Position numbers and translations under genes: made by a program. The notes beneath the pieces are model-generated. The model was not told where the DNA came from. It did not search any database and saw only the letters and a program-made list of their open reading frames with translations. This document shows positions 1 to 5,807 of a DNA stretch of 38,800 nt, in pieces. Source of the DNA: a virus. Lineage: Duplodnaviria; Caudoviricetes. The stretch spans positions 1 through 38,800 of IMG/VR virus record IMGVR_UViG_3300032233_003305; one strand, given 5' to 3'. The stretch's first letter is position 1. Each line of letters opens with the position of its first letter.

Positions 1-2
1 AG

Positions 3-164
3 GATGTATTTGAGATGAACGATGATGGTGAAGAGGTGTATTGTAGTGAGGAAATCACTAACAAAGTCCTCAACGATTTGGATGAAACTGATTATGTTTT
101 AGAAAAGGCATTTGACTGCATTGGAGATTACATTGACGATTACATTGGGGAGATCAAAAAATGA
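3..164 (+). CDS. Acidic hypothetical protein, 5'-truncated
   Basis: Open frame from the window edge (DVFEMNDDGEEVYC...YIGEIKK*); stop overlaps next ATG (ATGA 161-164). Confidence 0.7.
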   Translation, partial: DVFEMNDDGEEVYCSEEITNKVLNDLDETDYVLEKAFDCIGDYIDDYIGEIKK

Positions 165-286
165 TTGACACTTACACTTTCACTGGCGACACTGTGACAG
201 TTCTCGGACTGGTCGGTGTCATCTCCACCGGCATCATCCTGGTGCTATGCTTCACTCGTTACTTCAATTCTCCCCTCCGCAAATGA
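161..286 (+). CDS. 41-aa single-pass membrane protein
   Basis: MIDTYTFTGDTVTVLGLVGVISTGIILVLCFTRYFNSPLRK; one hydrophobic stretch and a basic tail; ATGA overlaps at both ends. Below the ORF-track cutoff. Confidence 0.7.
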   Translation: MIDTYTFTGDTVTVLGLVGVISTGIILVLCFTRYFNSPLRK

Positions 287-489
287 AGTTCCAAGTTACC
301 GAAATTGAGTTTGATTTTTCTTCTGATGATCTCAACAATCTTCCAACTTTAGGTTATCAAGAAGACATCACCAATGACACAATCGGTCAAATCTGGGATG
401 CTGATGATGAAGATGATTTAGTTGAAGAGATCACATGTGCCACTGGTTGGTGCATCAAGTCCATTGATTATCGTCACATTCTTTCCTAA
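283..489 (+). CDS. Acidic hypothetical phage protein (68 aa)
   Basis: Start moved to ATG 283 (MKFQVTEIEFDF), which is coupled to the upstream stop. Confidence 0.75.
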   Translation: MKFQVTEIEFDFSSDDLNNLPTLGYQEDITNDTIGQIWDADDEDDLVEEITCATGWCIKSIDYRHILS

Positions 490-494
490 ACAAA

Positions 495-674
495 ATGACA
501 TTCGACCGCGCACAAGTCACCGAAGATTACATCCAGCAACTCATTGAGGGCATGGATTATAAAACAATGGAGTGTCTGGTTTATGATACTCTGAAGGACA
601 ATCTTGCATCCTACACTGATGAAGAATTGATTACAGAGGTTACAGACTATTATCCAGAACTGTTGGCAGAATAA
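495..674 (+). CDS. Acidic hypothetical protein (59 aa)
   Basis: MTFDRAQVTEDYIQQLIEGMDY...YYPELLAE*, begins 5 nt after the previous stop. Confidence 0.75.
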   Translation: MTFDRAQVTEDYIQQLIEGMDYKTMECLVYDTLKDNLASYTDEELITEVTDYYPELLAE

Positions 675-675
675 A

Positions 676-763
676 ATCTAGTCTAGATAATCTCGTCGAG
701 ACCATGTGACAGTCGCACAAGTGGCACACACAATCTCGACGAGACACACAATCTCGACTAGAC
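676..763. repeat. Four 13-bp pseudo-palindromes ATCTMGWCKAGAY
   Basis: Copies at 676-688, 690-702, 733-745, 751-763. Confidence 0.85.
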
Positions 764-764
764 T
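705..764 (+). promoter_or_regulatory. Dyad site TGTGACAGT..AAGTGGCACA plus putative promoter
   Basis: Dyad 705-728; TCGACG(736-741)-17 nt-TAGACT(759-764) upstream of ORF 791. Confidence 0.55.
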
Positions 765-790
765 TCACACATACAAAACACATCGAGATC

Positions 791-979
791 ATGAACACTG
801 CAACAGTCAAACCGATCTCGAAGAAAGCGAAGAATCGCTTCGCAAATCTTATGGGATCTGATGCACATGTGATTATCGAGCAACATACAGGTAATCGTGT
901 GTTTGTTGCATCCATGAATCGCAAATACTTCTTCTGGGCGACACTTGACACAGACGCAGATTGGATGGTACAATTATAA
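791..979 (+). CDS. Basic hypothetical protein (62 aa)
   Basis: ORF track; preceded by promoter-like sequence and a CA-rich leader. Confidence 0.75.
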   Translation: MNTATVKPISKKAKNRFANLMGSDAHVIIEQHTGNRVFVASMNRKYFFWATLDTDADWMVQL

Positions 980-1071
980 GATAAAGACGGAAGGGGTTTG
1001 CCGTCGCTGAATGTTAAAGTTACCCAGCGCGAAAGACAACAGATAATTCTAGCATAGGTGAGTGGGTTGCT

Positions 1072-1104
1072 GTGGATCGGGGTGGTGCCTGGTCCACTTT
1101 TCTT
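1072..1104 (+). terminator. Intrinsic terminator
   Basis: GTGGATCGGG/CCTGGTCCAC stem (with GU pairs) followed by TTTTCTT. Confidence 0.7.
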
Positions 1105-1124
1105 AATGTATTGTTATAATTATT

Positions 1125-1193
1125 TTATGGCAGGGGGAGTACCGATGTATTGATCAGGCAGATACCCTTCTGCCGTTGGTGCTGGTTGTCCCC
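1125..1193 (-). ncRNA. Candidate small structured RNA, copy A
   Basis: Stem GGCAGA/TCTGCC (1157-1174), loop TACCCT; homologous to 3030-3098; minus-strand -10 box TATCTT at 1196-1201. Strand is inferred. Confidence 0.5.
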
Positions 1194-1195
1194 TT

Positions 1196-1290
1196 AAGAT
1201 ACAGCAAACTAGGACAAAATCGCCACCCTTAGGACAGTTTGCAAGGTGGCACAAGGTCGCTGGATCTGGTCGGTTCCGGTGTGGCATCAT
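1196..1290. promoter_or_regulatory. Divergent promoter pair around dyad GGACAGTTT..GTGGCACA
   Basis: Dyad 1232-1253; minus -10 at 1196-1201 and plus TG-n-CATCAT at 1285-1290, each about 30-31 nt from the dyad. Confidence 0.5.
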
Positions 1291-1334
1291 TCATTCAACG
1301 GCGCACCACTGACGCCGACCACCACCCCAGACCG

Positions 1335-1805
1335 ATGAACACCATCCAACTTGTTATCAACGGCAACCAAGTCGAGGGACAACTTGATGAGATCGCCACG
1401 ATCTTAAGCATGGTTTCTAATACTATGGCACAACCAATTCCTAACACCTTAAAGGAAGAATTGCTGCCATTTAATCAGTTTGCCATTCAAGAATTGACAC
1501 CTTATTTGGGTCAAGAATTGTCTGAGAAAATTATCAACAAGTTGGAAAAGTGTGCCAATTCCAATTATCCTGACTTCCGCTATTTTATCGGAATGTATAG
1601 GGAATTGGCAGATAACATTGAGCATCGCCAACTTGTTAAGACTCTAAGTGCAATTTATCGCTTCAAGTTTGGGCGTTATATGTACCCTGAGTCTGCAAAG
1701 TGTGCTCTCAAAAGTGAGATCAAGTATGCAACAATCTGCCCCCATTGTGGTAAGATTGCCAATGCACTTGTGCAACGATTAGTGAAAGAAGGTCTGTGGA
1801 AGTGA
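1335..1805 (+). CDS. Hypothetical protein (156 aa) with C-terminal CPHC
   Basis: Start moved to ATG 1335 after a CACCACC leader like those of neighbouring genes. Confidence 0.75.
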   Translation: MNTIQLVINGNQVEGQLDEIATILSMVSNTMAQPIPNTLKEELLPFNQFAIQELTPYLGQELSEKIINKLEKCANSNYPDFRYFIGMYRELADNIEHRQLVKTLSAIYRFKFGRYMYPESAKCALKSEIKYATICPHCGKIANALVQRLVKEGLWK

Positions 1806-1808
1806 TCC

Positions 1809-1863
1809 GATAAGTTATCCTAATCAATGGGGGGGTTCCCTTCCCTCCCTTCCATGCTATTCT
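1809..1863 (+). promoter_or_regulatory. GATAAG-N5-CTAATC dyad plus extended -10 (TGcTATTCT)
   Basis: Dyad 1809-1825; -10 at 1858-1863; related dyads at 2684 and 4596. Confidence 0.55.
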
Positions 1864-1891
1864 GAGGGAGTCACCACCACTGACCGGCACC

Positions 1892-2572
1892 ATGAACAAT
1901 CAAGTCACCGTCACCGCTCGCTCCGGCAATACTAAAACCGGACCCATCACCACCACGCGCACCGATGGCACATCTTGCCCCGCAACTTGCCCATTCATTG
2001 GTGGCGAATGTTACGCCAAACAGGGTAGGGAGTGGATGCAATGGGCGCAACTTAATAAGGGAACCAAGGGTATTTCATGGAGTGAGTTTTTACTTCAGAT
2101 CCGCAAGATTGTTCCCCTTGGTGTACTTTGGCGCCACAATACTGCTGGGGATTTGCCTCACAATGATGGTAACATTGATTATCTACAACTCAAGCAGTTG
2201 ATTAACGCTAACCGTGGGCGGAAAGGTTTCACCTATTCGCACCATATTTTGAATGATCACAATGTTATCTGCCTTCAGAATAGCAACGCCCTAGGGTTTA
2301 CTGTTAACGCATCTACAGAAAGTGTAGACGAAGCGGATAAAGTTATGTCAGAGCATAACATCCCCGCCGTGGCGGTTGTTAACTCTGAAGAAACCCGCAG
2401 GTTTTATGCAACAACTAACGGTCGCAAAGTTATCACTTGCCCCGCTGCACTTTTCCCAGGTAAGGTAACATGCGCCACCTGTGGTTTGTGTCAATTAGCA
2501 GACCGTGAGTTTGTTGTAGCATTACCTGCACACTCTGCTAAGAAAGCAAAGGTTAACGCGATCATCGGTTGA
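1892..2572 (+). CDS. Cys-rich putative Fe-S / radical-SAM-like phage protein
   Basis: N-terminal CPATCPFIGGECYA, central RHNTAGD and FTYSH, C-terminal C-x10-CATCGLC. Confidence 0.6.
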   Translation: MNNQVTVTARSGNTKTGPITTTRTDGTSCPATCPFIGGECYAKQGREWMQWAQLNKGTKGISWSEFLLQIRKIVPLGVLWRHNTAGDLPHNDGNIDYLQLKQLINANRGRKGFTYSHHILNDHNVICLQNSNALGFTVNASTESVDEADKVMSEHNIPAVAVVNSEETRRFYATTNGRKVITCPAALFPGKVTCATCGLCQLADREFVVALPAHSAKKAKVNAIIG

Positions 2573-2614
2573 GTATATTTAAGGGGGGCAATCGCCTCCC
2601 TTTTTTTATACTTT
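2563..2614 (+). terminator. Gene-end plus terminator cassette, copy 1
   Basis: ATCGGTTGAGTATATTTAAGGGGGC..GCCTCCCTTTTTTT; near-identical to 2965-3020. Confidence 0.8.
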
Positions 2615-2642
2615 ATCCTCACTTAAAATAGGTTCTACCTTC

Positions 2643-2759
2643 AATCTAGCACGGGACCCGGACCCCTTGTCAACCCCTTGGACCATCAGGATTCCTTATC
2701 ATAGATTCCGCTTTTCTTAAGGTTTCAACCCACACAAGGGGATCCCGAGCGCCTATACT
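2643..2759. promoter_or_regulatory. Divergent promoters around CATCAG-N5-CTTATC
   Basis: Minus: TTGACA(2668-2673)-19 nt-TAGATT(2643-2648) with extended TG; dyad 2684-2700; plus -10 TATACT 2754-2759. Confidence 0.5.
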
Positions 2760-2785
2760 GAATAGGTCAACCACCACCGACACCA

Positions 2786-2974
2786 ATGGCAACCGTTCTA
2801 ACCGGCGAATCTATCAATCAATTCCGCGCCAAAGTGTTACTATCTGCGCTTAAGTTGGAATGCTTGGGTATGAAGCGAAGCGGTCCTAGTGTATACTCTA
2901 TAGTTAAGCGAGAGTATAACTTAAGGGGTAGTAAGGAGAGTGTATACAATCAACTTAAATCTATTATCGGTTGA
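2786..2974 (+). CDS. Basic hypothetical protein (62 aa)
   Basis: ORF track; own promoter, CACCACC leader and terminator. Confidence 0.8.
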   Translation: MATVLTGESINQFRAKVLLSALKLECLGMKRSGPSVYSIVKREYNLRGSKESVYNQLKSIIG

Positions 2975-3022
2975 GTATATTTAAGGGGGGCATCTTCGCC
3001 CCCTTTCTTTATACTTTTTTTT
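2965..3022 (+). terminator. Gene-end plus terminator cassette, copy 2
   Basis: AAGGGGGGC..GCCCCCTT hairpin followed by a T-rich tract. Confidence 0.8.
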
Positions 3023-3029
3023 ATATTAT

Positions 3030-3098
3030 TTGAAGGGTGCTTCGGTGGCGATAGTTGGTCAACCGGCGACCCTGCCGGTGTCTTTGCTGATTGTCCCC
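3030..3098 (-). ncRNA. Candidate small structured RNA, copy B
   Basis: Stem ACCGGC/GCCGGT (3062-3079), loop GACCCT complementary to AGGGT at 3034-3038; minus -10 TAGAAT at 3101-3106. Confidence 0.5.
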
Positions 3099-3100
3099 AT

Positions 3101-3298
3101 ATTCTACAGCACCGCCTGACCCATAAAACCCCAGCAGTGGACAGTTTCAAAATTGGCACACTCCAAAAAATTGATTCTGCCTCCATCCTAGCACGTCGCC
3201 CCCCTCCCCCCCCCAAACAGTGGACAGTTTGACAAGTGGCACAATGGGGTCCGGACGGACTCCTCCTCTCTCCCCCCCCGACTAATCTGTGCTACACT
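3101..3298. promoter_or_regulatory. Two GGACAGTTT..TGGCACA dyads, two minus-strand -10 boxes and one plus-strand -10 box
   Basis: Dyads 3139-3160 and 3222-3243; minus -10 at 3101-3106 and 3185-3190; plus TGcTACACT 3290-3298. Confidence 0.55.
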
Positions 3299-3323
3299 TC
3301 TATCAGTTCACCACCACCGACCC

Positions 3324-3491
3324 ATGGCACACCTGACCGCCTACGCTTCCGACCTTGCCACCAAGACCCTACTTTGGGCAGACGGTGAGAAGGTTGCCCC
3401 TGCCACCTATTGGGCGCAGCAGCAACCACCCCAGAGGCGCCCAGTGTGCCCACTGACCGGATACCAGTTCCGCGCCATGCTGCGCGATTGA
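3324..3491 (+). CDS. Hypothetical protein (55 aa)
   Basis: MAHLTAYASDLATKTLLWADG...FRAMLRD*; follows CACCACCACCGACCC leader. Not in the ORF track. Confidence 0.6.
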   Translation: MAHLTAYASDLATKTLLWADGEKVAPATYWAQQQPPQRRPVCPLTGYQFRAMLRD

Positions 3492-3564
3492 TTCTCCCAT
3501 GGGGGTCACACCAGACCCCCATTCCATGCTAGGATTCTCTCAGTTCAAACCACACCAAACCACA

Positions 3565-3732
3565 ATGGAAACCTTTCTAACACCTGACGAAATCCTTGAA
3601 TTAGTTACAACTGGAGTCTGCAAATTATCCGATGATCTTATGCTTCGGATGACCCCTAAAGTATCAGAATCCTACGAAGATTCTGATTGGTACAATGATC
3701 CCAACTGTACAATGAGTCGGCATCATTATTAA
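3565..3732 (+). CDS. Hypothetical protein (55 aa)
   Basis: Start moved to ATG 3565 (METFLTPDE), downstream of TGcTAGGAT and a CA-rich leader. Confidence 0.7.
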   Translation: METFLTPDEILELVTTGVCKLSDDLMLRMTPKVSESYEDSDWYNDPNCTMSRHHY

Positions 3733-3733
3733 A

Positions 3734-3874
3734 ATCTCGACTAGATTGCGCACACATAATCTAGTCGAGACGCGCACACATCATCTCGACTAGATGCGCA
3801 CACATAATCTAGTCGAGATGCGCACACATTTCACACACATTCACATCTAGATCACACTCACACACATTCACATT
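3734..3874. repeat. Tandem array of 24-25-bp units with alternating-orientation cores, then CACACATT repeats
   Basis: Cores at 3734, 3759, 3783, 3807 alternate ATCTCGACTAGAT and ATCTAGTCGAGAY, separated by GCGCACACAT. Confidence 0.9.
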
Positions 3875-4033
3875 ATGAACATGCTCACATTCAATTCACG
3901 CGAACTCGATGTCATTTATGATGTAATATTTGCACACCTAGGATGTACAGATAATGATGATGATGTACGGGCATGTAATAGCATTATTGATAAGATGCAC
4001 ATTCATTGCACAATGAATCAAGATGAAGTATGA
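3875..4033 (+). CDS. Hypothetical protein (52 aa)
   Basis: MNMLTFNSRELDVIYDVIFAHLGC...NQDEV*. Confidence 0.6.
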   Translation: MNMLTFNSRELDVIYDVIFAHLGCTDNDDDVRACNSIIDKMHIHCTMNQDEV

Positions 4034-4042
4034 AGTGTAAGA

Positions 4043-4187
4043 TATAAAGAATTAAGAATGAATCAATAGTAGTTCTTAATTCTTTATACTTAGTGTTGAC
4101 TATAAAGAATTACTCAGGATTGATTGTAAAGTATTGTCAGTGGTGTGGTTTATTCTTTACATTCAGTCCTGTCTAATTCTTTATAGT
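4043..4187. repeat. Two adjacent AT-rich inverted repeats
   Basis: 16-bp perfect stem 4043-4058/4073-4088; 14-bp perfect stem 4099-4112/4174-4187 that extends imperfectly inward. Confidence 0.85.
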
Positions 4188-4211
4188 TTGTGGAGTTTTA
4201 TTCTTATTATT

Positions 4212-4547
4212 CAGCACTGTTTAATAAGATTCAATCAGTGCTGTTTAATTCTAATACAACAACACTGTTTAATTGTTTACATTTTACAATCCTAATCAAT
4301 TCTTCATTCTTTACATTTTACAATCACTGTTTAATAAGATTCAATCAGTGCTGTTTAATTGTTTACATTTTACAATTACTGTTTGATTCTAATGCAACAA
4401 CACTGATTTATTCTTTACATTTTACACTTAGGATTGATTCTCAATTGTTTTTAAAATTCAATCCTAATCAATTCTTCATTGTTTACATTTTACAATCACT
4501 GTTTAATTCTAATAAAACAGCACTGTTTTAATTCTTTATACTTAGTG
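4212..4547. repeat. AT-rich mosaic repeat array (iteron-like)
   Basis: CTG(T/A)TT at 4217, 4241, 4265, 4327, 4351, 4379, 4403, 4499, 4523; TTTACATTTTACA at 4276, 4310, 4362, 4414, 4482. Confidence 0.85.
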
Positions 4548-4556
4548 GGATCTGGG

Positions 4557-4684
4557 AGGGTACAGCACCGGGTGCCCATCCGTCAAGGTTTTTCCTATCA
4601 GAATGTCTTATCTAATGAGTTTGGTTTTTGGTATCAGGGCGATACAGTTTGCCTGTTGACCGATCCGGCATCTGCGCCTATTGT
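4557..4684. promoter_or_regulatory. Divergent sigma70-type promoters around TATCAG-N5-CTTATC
   Basis: Minus TTGACG-18 nt-TACCCT (4557-4586); dyad 4596-4612; plus TTGACC(4656-4661)-17 nt-TATTGT(4679-4684). Confidence 0.6.
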
Positions 4685-4690
4685 GAGCGA

Positions 4691-4804
4691 GCGAACCTTG
4701 AAAAACAAATAACGGATCGGGCGGTGCCGGAGGCATCGCGGGCGACGTGCCGGGCGGGATCCCACGGGCACCGATCTTGTTGTTTTATATTTTTTCAGGT
4801 TCGT
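4691..4804 (+). ncRNA. Candidate structured RNA/leader enclosed by a BoxA-like stem
   Basis: GCGAACCTTGAAAAA pairs with TTTTTCAGGTTCGT; AAATAACGGATCGG pairs with CCGATCTTGTTGTTT; two internal GC-rich hairpins. Confidence 0.65.
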
Positions 4805-4845
4805 TTCAGGTTAAAGTTTAAGTAAACCCATTTTCACTAAATGTC

Positions 4846-5139
4846 ATGGATCTTCAAAAACTTGCCGAAGATGTCGTTAAAAACGACGCCTTAATCAAAA
4901 AAACTGAATTACAGTTGAAAAGCGACAAAAAGAACCTCATTGAAGCATTCGATGCCGAAAATGTTGTTTCAGTCAAGATAAACAAAAAAACCGTTACTCT
5001 GGCAACTCGGAGTAACAAAAAGTACACCAACCCAGTCATTGAAGAACTGGAGTTGCAACTTAAAGAGTTGAAAGCAAGTGCCGATATTAGGGGGCAATTT
5101 GTGATAGAATCGGTCACTCGATTTATCCAAGTCCGCTGA
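4846..5139 (+). CDS. Hypothetical coiled-coil protein (97 aa)
   Basis: ORF track; K/E/L-rich helices. Confidence 0.75.
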   Translation: MDLQKLAEDVVKNDALIKKTELQLKSDKKNLIEAFDAENVVSVKINKKTVTLATRSNKKYTNPVIEELELQLKELKASADIRGQFVIESVTRFIQVR

Positions 5140-5145
5140 CACTTA

Positions 5146-5169
5146 AGGGGCGATCTTTCGCCCCTATTT
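5146..5169 (+). terminator. Hairpin / weak terminator
   Basis: AGGGGCGA-TCTT-TCGCCCCT, short ATTT tail. Confidence 0.55.
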
Positions 5170-5198
5170 CACACTAACCACCCCACACTTTTATCACC

Positions 5199-5375
5199 AT
5201 GATGATCGCCACTGCCTTCATTGACAAGTGCTCGAATGAACTTTGGGAGGAAATCTACTGGTTAGAAAGTCAACCTATCACCGTTGACAATGCCACACTT
5301 TATGATCAGATTCTGGCAGAATTGCGCTCCCGTGAGCGTCGTCGCCAGTGCATAGATGAGTTCCTTTTTGGTTGA
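5199..5375 (+). CDS. Hypothetical protein (58 aa)
   Basis: MMIATAFIDKCSNELWEEIYWLESQP...DEFLFG*. Not in the ORF track. Confidence 0.7.
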   Translation: MMIATAFIDKCSNELWEEIYWLESQPITVDNATLYDQILAELRSRERRRQCIDEFLFG

Positions 5376-5418
5376 CACTTTCGCCCCATTCTCTACACTC
5401 AAACCCTCACCTAAAACA

Positions 5419-5748
5419 ATGAAAATCGACCTGCAATCTTACGTCATTCCGACTCATTTTGTCTGTGCAATTGTCAATGATGATTACACTGGATTGGAAG
5501 ATAAAGAGGAGGCAATTGTGAAACAATTCCTTGAAGATTTGGGCGAGCGTTATATGTTCGCCTCCCCAAGTGATCAAGATGATTATTTCACAAGGTGCCA
5601 TGATTTTAGGGAGTATGGCATTCTCGCCTGCGATTGTGTCGAGGTTGAGATAGCATTTAAACCAGAATCTGAACCGGATTTTTATAAAGATGAGGACGCA
5701 TACTGTGACCGGTACAATAGTATCGTCTGTGGTATGTTGTTAGGTTAA
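5419..5748 (+). CDS. Acidic hypothetical protein (109 aa)
   Basis: Start moved to ATG 5419 (MKIDLQSY), which removes the overlap with the upstream ORF. Confidence 0.75.
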   Translation: MKIDLQSYVIPTHFVCAIVNDDYTGLEDKEEAIVKQFLEDLGERYMFASPSDQDDYFTRCHDFREYGILACDCVEVEIAFKPESEPDFYKDEDAYCDRYNSIVCGMLLG

Positions 5749-5807
5749 GTATATTGGGGGAGACAATCTCCCCCCTTCATTCTTACAAACCCATTGCACC
5801 TAAACTA

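Noticed and set aside
986-1045. Pistol or hammerhead ribozyme
   Set aside because: Superficial pseudoknot and GAAA only; no CUGAnGA core, and the pistol linker and cleavage-site residues are not identifiable.
3734-4547. CRISPR array
   Set aside because: No constant repeat with unique 30-40-nt spacers; the intervening sequence is itself repeated, and there are no cas genes in the window.
4714-4768. tRNA
   Set aside because: No cloverleaf, T-loop consensus or CCA end.
4190-4825. ORFs 4190-4531, 4479-4712 and 4628-4825
   Set aside because: They translate the repeat array, promoters and structured RNA; starts are weak and composition is unprotein-like.
2567-5750. Integron attC sites (GTTGAGT/GTTAAGT match GTTRRRY)
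   Set aside because: No matching RYYYAAC arm or attC-type hairpin found, and no integrase in the window.
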